Virus record (IMG/VR): IMGVR_UViG_2529292759_000004
DNA from: a virus
Lineage: Duplodnaviria > Heunggongvirae > Uroviricota > Caudoviricetes
Strand: one strand, 5' to 3'
Length of the DNA: 21,500 nt
The notes beneath the pieces were generated by a model, which saw nothing but the letters and a program-made list of their open reading frames with translations, was not told the DNA's origin and searched no databases. The position numbers and the translations under genes were made by a program. Below are positions 8,223 to 16,617 of this stretch, in pieces (the stretch's first letter is position 1; the number at the start of each line of letters is the position of its first letter).

Positions 8223-8776
8223 ATTCCAAACCCCATTTGCCCCGACTCATCTTCAAGCGGTAAAGGTATTCTCCCAGAGTAAGTTATGTTCAGATGTTTA
8301 CAGAAGTAATTCCAATACCCTACCAGGTCATCTGGGTTTATGTCATCTTCGATTGGAAACGCTATTCTATCACTATAGTATCCAGCTTCTTCATAGTATA
8401 CATGGTAGTGAGCACCGTAAATGATATCTTGGTACTTCGGATGATCGACCTTGTAACTATTCGTGTGTTTGTCAAAGTGATAGGTATCTACCGCGAAAAC
8501 CCTCTTGTTATGATAGAAAGCAATAATATTTATTTTAGGGTAAGAAATCGGGTCATCAGGTTCTGAATCCTGATCTGGTTTCCATTTCAGTTCAAACTTT
8601 AGCCCTTGTATAGGTATACAATCCTCATCCAAGGGGATGATATGGGCTTGTAGCCACATATCAGAGCGACTTGGTTTCTGTTTCCATTTAACGCCAGAAA
8701 AGTTAACTATTTTTTTACAATAAAGTACTTTATCAACTTCTACTTGGCTTGGCTGATAATCATCTATTTTTGCCAA
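8219..8776 (-). CDS. Hypothetical protein (185 aa), first gene of immunity-region cargo operon
   Basis: ORF starts 40 nt after the cI stop on the same strand. The track start at 8776 is TTG (first internal ATG is codon 40), so the true start is uncertain. Tyr/His-rich segment HYHVYYEEAGYY; no family recognised. Confidence 0.65.
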   Translation of the reverse strand: MAKIDDYQPSQVEVDKVLYCKKIVNFSGVKWKQKPSRSDMWLQAHIIPLDEDCIPIQGLKFELKWKPDQDSEPDDPISYPKINIIAFYHNKRVFAVDTYHFDKHTNSYKVDHPKYQDIIYGAHYHVYYEEAGYYSDRIAFPIEDDINPDDLVGYWNYFCKHLNITYSGRIPLPLEDESGQMGFGI

Positions 8777-8815
8777 TGTTTACCGCCCTGTAAATTGTAG
8801 ATAAAAGTGGTTTCA

Positions 8816-9475
8816 TCACCCAAACGTCTCTTCAGGCCATTGGCTGGCGATAACTTTCCCCACAACGGAACAACTCTCATTGCATGGGATCATTGGGTAT
8901 TGTGGGTTTAGTGGCTGTAGAAACACCTGACCGCTATCCCTGATCAGTTTCTTGAAGGTAAATTCATCACCACCAAGTCTGGCTATGCAGAAATCGCCGG
9001 GCTCAACAGCTTGCTCAGGGTCAACCAGAATTAACATCCCGTCAGGAAAGCTGGGTTTGGAACCTGTTGGTGCGGTCATTGAGTTACCTTCAACCTCAAG
9101 CCAGAATGCAGAGTCACTGGCTTTTTTGGTTGTGCTTACCAATCTCTCCGCATCGCCTTTGGTAAAGGTTCTGAGTTCTGGAGAGAACATCCCAGCCTGA
9201 ACATGAGAAAAAACAGGGTACTCATATTGTTTTTTAACTGGGGCCGATGAGTATTCGCCAACAGGTGAAAATGTCCCGTCGTGGTTGAATGATATGTTAT
9301 CAATACCAAGGTATTTAAACACCACACCAATATCACTAAGAGATGGATGACGAGATCCGCGCAACCAGTGTCCAATCCCACCCTGCGTCATACCTAGCTC
9401 TTCGGCTAACTTCTCTTGAGTTATGCCGAGCTCTTTCATTCTGGATCTAGCCAGTTCATACCATTTCATTTTCAT
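8816..9475 (-). CDS. cI: CI-type prophage repressor (HTH_XRE N-domain plus S24/LexA-like autopeptidase C-domain)
   Basis: HTH ...[21 protein letters not shown]...; Ala-Gly site (VQAGMF); Ser (GNSMTAP) and Lys (FKKL) of the S24 dyad. Track start 9517 is TTG; ATG candidates at 9509, 9475, 9469; AAGGA SD favours 9469/9475. Confidence 0.85.
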   Translation of the reverse strand: MKMKWYELARSRMKELGITQEKLAEELGMTQGGIGHWLRGSRHPSLSDIGVVFKYLGIDNISFNHDGTFSPVGEYSSAPVKKQYEYPVFSHVQAGMFSPELRTFTKGDAERLVSTTKKASDSAFWLEVEGNSMTAPTGSKPSFPDGMLILVDPEQAVEPGDFCIARLGGDEFTFKKLIRDSGQVFLQPLNPQYPMIPCNESCSVVGKVIASQWPEETFG

Positions 9476-9586
9476 GTCCTTATTATTACGCTCTGTACTG
9501 GAACCATCCATGCACAATGTGTATTTTTACTTGTATTCGCAAAGTACATATTGTATTTTTTTATTCGTGTTTACTATGGAGGGCAT
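9476..9586. promoter_or_regulatory. oR operator / pRM-pR divergent promoter region
   Basis: 111-bp intergenic region between divergent cI and cro; repeated TTGTA/TACAA half-sites and the inverted 11-mer AAAGTACATAT (9541-9551); candidate pR -35 TTGTAT (9531-9536) and -10 TATTTT (9554-9559). Confidence 0.45.
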
Positions 9587-9802
9587 ATGAGCAACCTACG
9601 AAAATATCGAGAGTCACTGAATATCTCTCAAACAACACTTGCTAAGGCAGTTGGATGCACACAGGGAGCTATCGGACATTGGGAATCTGGTCGTCGCTTC
9701 CCAGACCTTAAAACATGCCGTGCTCTTGTTGCGTGCCTAAACAAGTTAGGCGCAAAAGTCAGTCTTGATGACGTGTTCCCGCCGGAACACAAAGCCGCTT
9801 AA
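9587..9802 (+). CDS. cro: Cro-type HTH repressor (71 aa)
   Basis: ATG at 9587 preceded by GGAGG; HTH ISQTTLAKAVGCTQGAIGHWESG; divergent from cI. The track ORF from 9416 is a non-ATG extension. Confidence 0.8.
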   Translation: MSNLRKYRESLNISQTTLAKAVGCTQGAIGHWESGRRFPDLKTCRALVACLNKLGAKVSLDDVFPPEHKAA

Positions 9803-9812
9803 TAAGCGGATC

Positions 9813-9858
9813 CGCTCTTTGTAACAACGGACATTCGTCCTACGTCGCTGAAAAGCGA
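9813..9858 (+). promoter_or_regulatory. nutR: boxA CGCTCTTTG plus boxB-like hairpin UCGCU-GAAA-AGCGA
   Basis: boxA at 9813-9821, spacer hairpin GGAC-attc-GTCC (9829-9840), boxB 9845-9858, directly downstream of the cro stop. Confidence 0.55.
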
Positions 9859-9887
9859 GTTCCAAGATATCTGACCAACTAAGGCCA

Positions 9888-9905
9888 TATGCGTTTCCAC
9901 GCATA
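9888..9905 (+). terminator. Candidate tR1-region hairpin
   Basis: ATGCGT-ttcc-ACGCAT stem-loop followed by ACCTTTCAAC, between nutR and cII; weak U-tract, may be rho-dependent. Confidence 0.25.
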
Positions 9906-9943
9906 CCTTTCAACTAACTATTCACTATTGGAAATCTTAAGAA

Positions 9944-10240
9944 ATGGAAAGAACAAGTTACAGCAAACTATCACAGCGTGACGTTGATCGCGCAGAAACA
10001 GATTTACTTATCAATCTGTCAGCTATTACCCAGCGCGGTCTGGCAAAGATGATTGGCTGTCATGAATCGAAGATAAGCAGAACGGACTGGAGATTTATTG
10101 CTTCGGTCTTGTGTGCTTTCGGAATGGCATCAGACATCAGTCCGATTAGCAGGGCTTTTAAGTATGCGCTTGATGGACTCACCAATAAAAAACGCCCGGC
10201 GGCAACCGAGCGTTCTGAACAAATCCAGATGGAATTCTGA
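9944..10240 (+). CDS. cII: CII transcriptional activator (98 aa), hybrid: divergent N-terminus, lambda-type C-terminus
   Basis: C-terminal LTNKKRPAATERSEQIQMEF matches lambda CII; the N-terminal DNA-binding part differs. Confidence 0.85.
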   Translation: MERTSYSKLSQRDVDRAETDLLINLSAITQRGLAKMIGCHESKISRTDWRFIASVLCAFGMASDISPISRAFKYALDGLTNKKRPAATERSEQIQMEF

Positions 10241-10262
10241 GGTCATTACTGGATCAATCCAC
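10184..10262 (-). ncRNA. oop: oop antisense RNA (about 77 nt) overlapping the cII 3' end
   Basis: Minus-strand sequence GAUUGAUCCAGUAAUGACCUCAGAAUUCCAUCUGGAUUUGUUCAGAACGCUCGGUUGCCGCCGGGCGUUUUUUAUU closely matches lambda oop as I recall it, including the terminator hairpin and U-run. Confidence 0.7.
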
Positions 10263-10272
10263 AGGAGTCATT

Positions 10273-11172
10273 ATGACAAATACAGCAAAAATACTCAACT
10301 TCTGCAGAGGTAACTTTGCCAAACAGGAGCGTAATGTGGCAGATCTCGATGATGGTTACGCCAGACTATCAAATATGCTGCTTGAGGCTTATTCAGGCGC
10401 AGATCTGACCAAGCGACAGTTTAAAGTGCTGCTTGCCATTCTGCGTAAAACCTATGGATGGAATAAACCAATGGACAGAATCACCGATTCTCAACTTAGC
10501 GAGATTACAAAGTTACCCGTCAAACGGTGCAATGAAGCCAAGTTAGAACTCGTCAGAATGAATATTATCAAGCAGCAAGGCGGCATGTTTGGACCAAATA
10601 AAAACATCTCAGAATGGTGTATCCCTCAAAACGAGGGAAAATCCCCTAAAACGAGGGATAAAACATCCCTCAAATTGGGGGATTGCTATCCCTCAAAACA
10701 GGGGGACACAAAAGACACTATTACAAAAGAAAAAAGAAAAGATTATTCGTCAGAGAATTCTGGCGAATCCTCTGACCAGCCAGAAAACGACCTTTCTGTG
10801 GTGAAACCGGATGCTGCAATTCAGAGCGGCAGCAAGTGGGGGACAGCAGAAGACCTGACCGCCGCAGAATGGATGTTTGACATGGTGAAGACCATCGCGC
10901 CATCAGCCAGAAAACCGAATTTTGCAGGGTGGGCTAACGATATCCGCCTGATGCGTGAACGTGACGGACGTAACCATCGCGACATGTGTGTACTGTTCCG
11001 CTGGGCATGCCAGGACAACTTCTGGTCCGGTAACGTGCTGAGCCCGGCCAAACTCCGCGACAAGTGGACCCAGCTCGAAATCAACCGTAACAAGCAACAG
11101 GCAGGTGTGACAGCCTGCAAACCAAAACTCGACCTGACAAACACTGACTGGATTTACGGGGTGGATTTATGA
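10273..11172 (+). CDS. O: Replication initiator O (299 aa)
   Basis: MTNTAKILNFCRGNFAKQERNVADLDDGYARLSNMLLEAY... matches lambda O; contains the ori iterons. Confidence 0.97.
   Translation: MTNTAKILNFCRGNFAKQERNVADLDDGYARLSNMLLEAYSGADLTKRQFKVLLAILRKTYGWNKPMDRITDSQLSEITKLPVKRCNEAKLELVRMNIIKQQGGMFGPNKNISEWCIPQNEGKSPKTRDKTSLKLGDCYPSKQGDTKDTITKEKRKDYSSENSGESSDQPENDLSVVKPDAAIQSGSKWGTAEDLTAAEWMFDMVKTIAPSARKPNFAGWANDIRLMRERDGRNHRDMCVLFRWACQDNFWSGNVLSPAKLRDKWTQLEINRNKQQAGVTACKPKLDLTNTDWIYGVDL
10621..10750 (+). repeat. ori-lambda: four 18-19 bp iterons plus AT-rich unwinding region
   Basis: Iterons ATCCCTCAAAACGAGGGA (10621-10638), ATCCCCTAAAACGAGGGAT (10641-10659), ATCCCTCAAATTGGGGGAT (10665-10683), ATCCCTCAAAACAGGGGGA (10688-10706), then an A/T-rich tract to about 10750. 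Confidence 0.85.
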
Positions 11173-11870
11173 AAAACATCGCCGCACAGATGGTTAATTT
11201 TGACCGTGAGCAGATGCGTCGGATCGCCAACAACATGCCGGAACAGTACGACGAAAAGCCGCAGGTACAGCAGGTAGCGCAGATCATCAACGGTGTGTTC
11301 AGCCAGTTACTGGCAACTTTCCCGGCGAGTCTGGCTAACCGTGACCAGAACGAACTGAACGAAATCCGCCGCCAGTGGGTTCTGGCTTTCCGGGAAAACG
11401 GGATCACCACAATGGAACAGGTTAACGCAGGAATGCGCGTAGCCCGTCGGCAGAATCGACCATTTCTGCCATCACCCGGGCAGTTTGTTGCATGGTGCCG
11501 GGAAGAAGCATCCGTTATCGCCGGACTGCCAAACGTCAGCGAGCTGGTTGATATGGTTTACGAGTATTGCCGGAAGCGAGGCCTGTATCCGGATGCAGAG
11601 TCTTATCCGTGGAAATCGAACGCGCACTACTGGCTGGTTACCAACCTGTACCAGAACATGCGGGCCAATGCGCTGACTGACGCGGAATTACGACGCAAGG
11701 CTGCCGATGAACTGACCTGTATGACAGCGCGAATTAACCGTGGTGAGACGATACCTGAACCAGTAAAACAACTTCCTGTCATGGGCGGCAGACCTCTAAA
11801 TCGTGTTCAGGCGCTGGCGAAGATCGCAGAAATTAAAGCTAAGTTAGGACTGAAAGGAGCAAGTGTATGA
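11169..11870 (+). CDS. P: Replication protein P (DnaB helicase loader), 233 aa
   Basis: MKNIAAQMVNFDREQMRRIANNMPEQYDEKPQVQQVAQIINGVFSQLL... matches lambda P; ATGA overlap with the O stop. Confidence 0.97.
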   Translation: MKNIAAQMVNFDREQMRRIANNMPEQYDEKPQVQQVAQIINGVFSQLLATFPASLANRDQNELNEIRRQWVLAFRENGITTMEQVNAGMRVARRQNRPFLPSPGQFVAWCREEASVIAGLPNVSELVDMVYEYCRKRGLYPDAESYPWKSNAHYWLVTNLYQNMRANALTDAELRRKAADELTCMTARINRGETIPEPVKQLPVMGGRPLNRVQALAKIAEIKAKLGLKGASV

Positions 11871-12157
11871 CGGGCAAAGAGGCAATTATTCATTACCTGG
11901 GGACGCATAATAGCTTCTGTGCGCCGGACGTTGCCGCGCTAACAGGCGCAACAGTAACCAGCATAAATCAGGCCGCGGCTAAAATGGCACGGGCAGGTCT
12001 TCTGGTTATCGAAGGTAAGGTCTGGCGAACGGTGTATTACCGGTTTGCTACCAAGGAAGAACGGGAAGGAAAGATGAGCACGAACCTGATTTTTAAGGAG
12101 TGTCGCCAGAGTGCCACGATGAAACGGATATTGGCGGTATATGGAGTTAAAAGATGA
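11867..12157 (+). CDS. ren: Ren (96 aa)
   Basis: 96-aa ORF overlapping the P stop; matches lambda Ren in position and size. Confidence 0.85.
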   Translation: MTGKEAIIHYLGTHNSFCAPDVAALTGATVTSINQAAAKMARAGLLVIEGKVWRTVYYRFATKEEREGKMSTNLIFKECRQSATMKRILAVYGVKR

Positions 12158-12182
12158 CCATCTACATCACTGAGCTAATAAC

Positions 12183-12214
12183 AGGCCTGCAGGTAATCGC
12201 AGGCCTTTTTATTT
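12183..12214 (+). terminator. Rho-independent terminator (tR2-like) before the nin region
   Basis: Stem AGGCCTGC / GCAGGCCT with loop AGGTAATC, followed by TTTTTATTT. Confidence 0.6.
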
Positions 12215-12230
12215 GGGGGAGAGGGAAGTC

Positions 12231-12671
12231 ATGAAAAAACTAACCTTTGAAATTCGATCTCCGGCACATCAGCAAAACGCTATTCACGCAGTACAGCAAA
12301 TCCTTCCAGACCCAACCAAACCAATCGTAGTAACCATTCAGGAACGCAACCGCAGCTTAGACCAAAACAGGAAGCTATGGGCCTGCTTAGGTGACGTCTC
12401 TCGTCAGGTTGAATGGCATGGTCGCTGGCTGGATGCAGAAAGCTGGAAGTGTGTGTTTACCGCAGCATTAAAGCAGCAGGATGTTGTTCCTAACCTTGCC
12501 GGGAATGGCTTTGTGGTAATAGGCCAGTCAACCAGCAGGATGCGTGTAAGCGAATTTGCGGAGCTATTAGAGCTTATACAGGCATTCGGTACAGAGCGTG
12601 GCGTTAAGTGGTCAGACGAAGCGCGACTGGCTCTCGAATGGAAAGCGCGATGGGGAGATCGGGCTGCATGA
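12231..12671 (+). CDS. ninB: NinB (Orf recombination protein family), 146 aa
   Basis: MKKLTFEIRSPAHQQNAIHAVQQILPDPTKPIVVTIQERNRSLDQNRKLWA... matches lambda NinB; ATG at 12231 with SD GGGAGAGGGAAG. The track start 12213 is TTG. Confidence 0.9.
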   Translation: MKKLTFEIRSPAHQQNAIHAVQQILPDPTKPIVVTIQERNRSLDQNRKLWACLGDVSRQVEWHGRWLDAESWKCVFTAALKQQDVVPNLAGNGFVVIGQSTSRMRVSEFAELLELIQAFGTERGVKWSDEARLALEWKARWGDRAA

Positions 12672-13195
12672 CTATCAAATCAAATACGCCAGCACACGAC
12701 AAGGACTGCTGGCAAACGCCGCTTTGGCTTTTTGATGCACTGGATATTGAGTTTGGATTCTGGCTGGATTCGGCAGCGAGCGACAAAAATGCTCTGTGCG
12801 CTCACTGGCTAACTGAGGACGACGACGCGCTCAATTCTGAGTGGGTAAGCCACGGTGCAATCTGGAATAACCCACCGTACAGCAATATCAGGCCGTGGGT
12901 GGAAAAAGCCGCTGAGCAGTGTATACAACAGCGACAGACGGTAGTGATGCTTGTGCCAGAGGATATGTCTGTCGGATGGTTCAGCAAGGCTCTGGAGAGT
13001 GTTGACGAAGTTCGTATTATCACTGATGGACGGATTAATTTTATCGAACCATCGACAGGGCTGGAGAAGAAGGGAAACAGCAAAGGCTCCATGCTGCTGA
13101 TTTGGCGACCGTTCATCAGTCCTCGACGGATGTTTACTACCGTATCCAAAGCGGCATTGATGGCGATCGGGCAGGGCGTCAGGAGGGCTGCATGA
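12668..13195 (+). CDS. Phage N6-adenine DNA methyltransferase (Dam-like, 175 aa)
   Basis: NPPY motif ([10 protein letters not shown]) typical of N6-adenine methyltransferases; ATGA overlap with the ninB stop; no adjacent restriction endonuclease. Confidence 0.75.
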   Translation: MTIKSNTPAHDKDCWQTPLWLFDALDIEFGFWLDSAASDKNALCAHWLTEDDDALNSEWVSHGAIWNNPPYSNIRPWVEKAAEQCIQQRQTVVMLVPEDMSVGWFSKALESVDEVRIITDGRINFIEPSTGLEKKGNSKGSMLLIWRPFISPRRMFTTVSKAALMAIGQGVRRAA

Positions 13196-13368
13196 GACGA
13201 CAGCGACGAAGCATCACCGACATAATCTGCGAAAACTGCAAATACCTTCCAACGAAACGCTCCAGAAATAAACGCAAGCTAATCCCAAAAGAATCTGACG
13301 TAAAAACCTTCAATTACACAGCCCACCTGTGGGATATCCGGTGGCTAAGATATCGTGCGAGGAAATGA
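13192..13368 (+). CDS. ninE: NinE (58 aa)
   Basis: [62 protein letters not shown] overlap with the methyltransferase stop. Confidence 0.8.
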   Translation: MRRQRRSITDIICENCKYLPTKRSRNKRKLIPKESDVKTFNYTAHLWDIRWLRYRARK

Positions 13369-13712
13369 CAATGGATTATTCACAGTTAAGTGATTTTGAA
13401 ATTAACAGAATGGTAGGAGACATAATTTTTAAAGGCCTTTGGGCAAGTAAACCGGAAACATCAGGGAATAACACCAACAAATGGTATTACGGAAATGCTG
13501 ATACAACTTTTGAGCCATTAAATCATTTGCCTGACTACTGCAATGATCCGAGCGCTTCATGGCCGATTATTGAGAAATACAGGATTTCTATCTTAGACCA
13601 GTTAACTGAATGGTGTGTGGATGCAAAAGGCGTAAGCCCAATATTTGATACCAGACCTCTCCGCGCCGCCATGATTGTCTTTCTCCTGATGCAGGAGGCC
13701 AATAATGCTTAG
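13365..13712 (+). CDS. Hypothetical nin-region protein (115 aa)
   Basis: ATG at 13365 overlaps the ninE stop (ATGA); occupies the slot held by ybcO in DLP12-type prophages, but I cannot confirm the identity from sequence. Confidence 0.55.
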   Translation: MTMDYSQLSDFEINRMVGDIIFKGLWASKPETSGNNTNKWYYGNADTTFEPLNHLPDYCNDPSASWPIIEKYRISILDQLTEWCVDAKGVSPIFDTRPLRAAMIVFLLMQEANNA

Positions 13713-13899
13713 CCCATCTCAATCCCTTCAATACCTGAAAGAAAGCATAGAGCGGGCTTCAATGTGCACAGAGTGGATTCTATCTAGGTTTAGCGCATAC
13801 AGAAGATTGCCGGTAAAGGGCATGCCAAGCAAGTCGATGCTGCATATGCAAAAGAATGCGCGCTGGAAGGTATGGCGAGAACACAGGTTATGTGGCTGA
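13705..13899 (+). CDS. NinF-like small protein (64 aa)
   Basis: N-terminus [18 protein letters not shown] resembles lambda NinF; C-terminus diverges; start overlaps the previous stop. Confidence 0.5.
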   Translation: MLSPSQSLQYLKESIERASMCTEWILSRFSAYRRLPVKGMPSKSMLHMQKNARWKVWREHRLCG

Positions 13900-13918
13900 A
13901 AGAGGGGGTTATTAAGGC

Positions 13919-14281
13919 GTGAATACCTACAGCATCACATTACCCTGGCCTCCGAGCAATAATCGCTATTACCGCCATAATCGCGGGCGCACGCACGTCA
14001 GCGCAGAGGGGCAGGCATACCGCGATAACGTCGCCCGAATCATTAAAAACGCAATGCTGGATATCGGCCTGGCTATGCCTGTGAAAATCCGCATTGAGTG
14101 CCACATGCCGGATCGCCGTCGCCGTGACCTGGATAATCTGCAAAAAGCCGCTTTTGACGCACTCACTAAAGCAGGTTTCTGGCTGGATGATGCTCAGGTC
14201 GTTGATTACCGCGTTGTGAAGATGCCTGTTACCAAAGGTGGGAGGCTGGAACTGACCATCACCGAAATGGGGAATGAATGA
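13919..14281 (+). CDS. rusA: RusA Holliday-junction resolvase (120 aa)
   Basis: [42 protein letters not shown]... matches E. coli DLP12 RusA as I recall it; GTG start at 13919. Confidence 0.9.
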   Translation: MNTYSITLPWPPSNNRYYRHNRGRTHVSAEGQAYRDNVARIIKNAMLDIGLAMPVKIRIECHMPDRRRRDLDNLQKAAFDALTKAGFWLDDAQVVDYRVVKMPVTKGGRLELTITEMGNE

Positions 14282-14418
14282 TGTTTGAGTTTAATATGGC
14301 AGAACTTCTTCGCCACCGCTGGGGGCGTCTGCGCTTATATCGTTTCCTCGGTTCTGTTTTGACCGATTACCGAATACTGAAGAATTACGCCAAAACCCTG
14401 ACAGGAACAGGAGTATGA
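14278..14418 (+). CDS. ylcG: Small protein YlcG-like (46 aa)
   Basis: Hand translation [50 protein letters not shown] overlap with the rusA stop; below the ORF-track cutoff. Confidence 0.55.
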   Translation: MMFEFNMAELLRHRWGRLRLYRFLGSVLTDYRILKNYAKTLTGTGV

Positions 14419-14503
14419 AGTCAGAGATAACAATCAACTAATACTGTTTTGTTGATTTTTGCTTGTAATTGGCGTTCTGGTCTGATTTTTGTGGAGTAAG
14501 TTG

Positions 14504-14887
14504 ATGCGTGATATTCAGATGGTTCTTGAGCGTTGGGGTGCGTGGGCGGCTAATAATCATGAAGATGTGACCTGGTCGTCCATTGCCGCCGGTTTTAAGG
14601 GATTAATTCCTTCAAAAGTAAAATCTCGCCCGCAATGTTGTGACGATGACGCGATGATCATTTGCGGGTGCATGGCCCGTCTGAAAAAGAACAACAGCGA
14701 TTTACACGATTTATTAGTAGATTATTATGTATGTGGTATGACATTCATGTCACTGGCAAGTAAGCATTGCTGCTCGGATGGTTATATCGGGAAAAGGTTA
14801 CAGAAGGCTGAGGGCATAATTGAAGGGATGTTAATGGCATTAGATATCCGGTTAGATATGGATATCGTTGCTAATAATTCTAATTGA
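14504..14887 (+). CDS. quuD: Q-type late-gene antiterminator (phage 82 / DLP12 QuuD type), 127 aa
   Basis: [60 protein letters not shown]... matches QuuD as I recall it; ATG at 14504. The track start 14489 is TTG. Confidence 0.85.
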   Translation: MRDIQMVLERWGAWAANNHEDVTWSSIAAGFKGLIPSKVKSRPQCCDDDAMIICGCMARLKKNNSDLHDLLVDYYVCGMTFMSLASKHCCSDGYIGKRLQKAEGIIEGMLMALDIRLDMDIVANNSN

Positions 14888-14910
14888 TATGCAATTGTTT
14901 ACTAAAAGTT

Positions 14911-14937
14911 ATTAAAAATGGGGCGTGGAAACGCCCC
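14911..14937 (-). terminator. Candidate rho-independent terminator (minus strand)
   Basis: Hairpin GGGGCG-tggaaa-CGCCCC (14920-14937) followed on the minus strand by AUUUUUAAU; about 140 nt downstream of the nmpC stop. Confidence 0.35.
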
Positions 14938-15025
14938 CAAAATAAAGGGTAATATATAACAGAAGGTTTATATAGTAAGAAGCAAGGTAGTGCTTCTAAA
15001 GGAAGTGGCTTGAGGGCTCCACTTA

Positions 15026-15065
15026 TATGTTGCGGAGGCAAAGCCTCCCGCAACATATCTTTTTC
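15026..15065 (+). terminator. Strong rho-independent terminator (plus strand), candidate tR' downstream of Q
   Basis: 15-16 bp stem ATATGTTGCGGAGGC / GCCTCCCGCAACATAT followed by CTTTTT; convergent with the nmpC 3' end at 15076. Confidence 0.55.
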
Positions 15066-15075
15066 GTAAGTCAGA

Positions 15076-16158
15076 TTAGAACTGATAAACCAGACCTACA
15101 GCGACGATGTCGTCGGTATCAATACCAGCTGTTTTGGTAAACTTACTATCGTCAATTAAGTTGATTTTGTAATCAACAAAAGTGGACATGTTTTTATTAA
15201 AGTAGTAAGTAGCACCGACATCGACATACTTGACTAAGTCTCGGTCACCATGAACACCAAGGTCTTTACCTTTTGACTGAAGGTAAGCAACAGATGGACG
15301 CAGACCGAAGTCAAACTGATATTGTGCTACTGCTTCAAAGTTTTGTGCTTTGTTTGCAATATGGTTATTACCAAAAACGGTCATATTCTGAGTTTCAGAA
15401 TATGTGGTAGCCAGATAGATATTGTTCGCATCATATTTCAGGCCTGCAGCCCATACTTCCGCATTTTTGCCGGAGGCATTGAATTTGCTCTTACCATAGG
15501 CGACCTGACCGTCAGTGCGATCTGATTTAGCATAGGTTGCACCCACGCCGAATCCTTCATACTCATAAGTAGTGGAGAAACCGAAACCATCACCATTGGC
15601 TTCAGTTACGTCAGTGCGGTCATTTTTACCCTGATACTGAGCAGCAAAGTTCAGGCCATCGACCAGACCAAAGAAGTCGTTGTTACGATAAGTTGCAACA
15701 CCAGTAGTGCGACCAGTCATGAACACATCTGTTTGGGTCCAGGTATCACCACCGAATTCTGGCAGAACGTCAGTCCACGCACCGATGTCGTATGCTACAC
15801 CGTAGTTACGGCCGTAATCGATTGAGCCGTAATCACCAAATTTCAGGCCTGCAAATGCAAGACGGGTTTTGTCTTTGGAAGAACCTTGAGATTCAGCACG
15901 GTTGCCTTTGAATTCATATTCCCACTGACCGAAACCAGTCAGTTGATCGTTGATTTGGGTTTCACCTTTGAAGCCAAGACGGGCATAAGTAGTATCACCA
16001 TCATCTGCATCATTAGAGGAGAAGTAGTGCTTGGCATTAACTTTCCCGTATAGATCCAGCTTGTTACTGTCTTTATTATAAATTTCAGCTGCCTGAGCAG
16101 ACATCGCCATCAGTACTGATGCAGCTACAGCAGAAATTGCCACTGTTAATTTTTTCAT
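15076..16158 (-). CDS. nmpC: Outer-membrane general porin, NmpC/OmpD-like (360 aa from MKKL...)
   Basis: Signal peptide [23 protein letters not shown], then AEIYNKD...; C-terminal beta-barrel signature ending ...VGLVYQF; ATG at 16156-16158 with SD AAGGG. The track start 16218 is an upstream extension. Confidence 0.9.
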   Translation of the reverse strand: MKKLTVAISAVAASVLMAMSAQAAEIYNKDSNKLDLYGKVNAKHYFSSNDADDGDTTYARLGFKGETQINDQLTGFGQWEYEFKGNRAESQGSSKDKTRLAFAGLKFGDYGSIDYGRNYGVAYDIGAWTDVLPEFGGDTWTQTDVFMTGRTTGVATYRNNDFFGLVDGLNFAAQYQGKNDRTDVTEANGDGFGFSTTYEYEGFGVGATYAKSDRTDGQVAYGKSKFNASGKNAEVWAAGLKYDANNIYLATTYSETQNMTVFGNNHIANKAQNFEAVAQYQFDFGLRPSVAYLQSKGKDLGVHGDRDLVKYVDVGATYYFNKNMSTFVDYKINLIDDSKFTKTAGIDTDDIVAVGLVYQF

Positions 16159-16584
16159 TGTACGCCCTTTTTTTGAACTATTATTAAAAAATGATGTCAC
16201 TGCGCGATAAATATTCATCTAATCAATGTGATTATTTCAAGATGTAAGTTTTAGTTTCTCATTTAATTTGTGAAGTAGATCTCTATTTTTATCTGAACCT
16301 TTTCTATCTAATCCTATTCATGGCTCTTGTCTGAACAAAAATAAATCTATTAGCTAATTTATATTAATGGCACTTATTTATAAGTGCTCTATAATTCTTT
16401 AGCTTAATTTAAACAAACTAAAAATAACATTGGAAATTATTAACTGGTTATTTGTTGAAGTTTTCTTATGCATTTGTGGTGGTGTTTTGAACACTCGGTG
16501 GCATTCTCACAAATATCATTTAGTAGTTTACGTACGTAAAAAATTGGTTATGCTGTTAAGAGTGGTTACTTCGTCACACAGCTT

Positions 16585-16617
16585 AAACCCGCCGTCGAGC
16601 GGGTTTTTCCATTTTTT
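16585..16617 (+). terminator. Rho-independent terminator upstream of the lysis cassette
   Basis: Stem AAACCCGC / GCGGGTTT with loop CGTCGA followed by TTTTTCCATTTTTT; lies in the AT-rich 16200-16740 intergenic region. Confidence 0.5.

Noticed and set aside
8816-9517. ORF-track N-terminal extensions (cI MCMDGSS..., also ninB, quuD, Rz and the 18669 start)
   Set aside because: The first codon is TTG or GTG rendered as M by the track; internal ATG codons with Shine-Dalgarno sequences and homologue lengths support the shorter starts used here.
10621-10706. Tandem repeats inside O considered as a possible CRISPR or other array
   Set aside because: They are the four ori-lambda iterons inside the O coding sequence, not spacer-separated CRISPR repeats.
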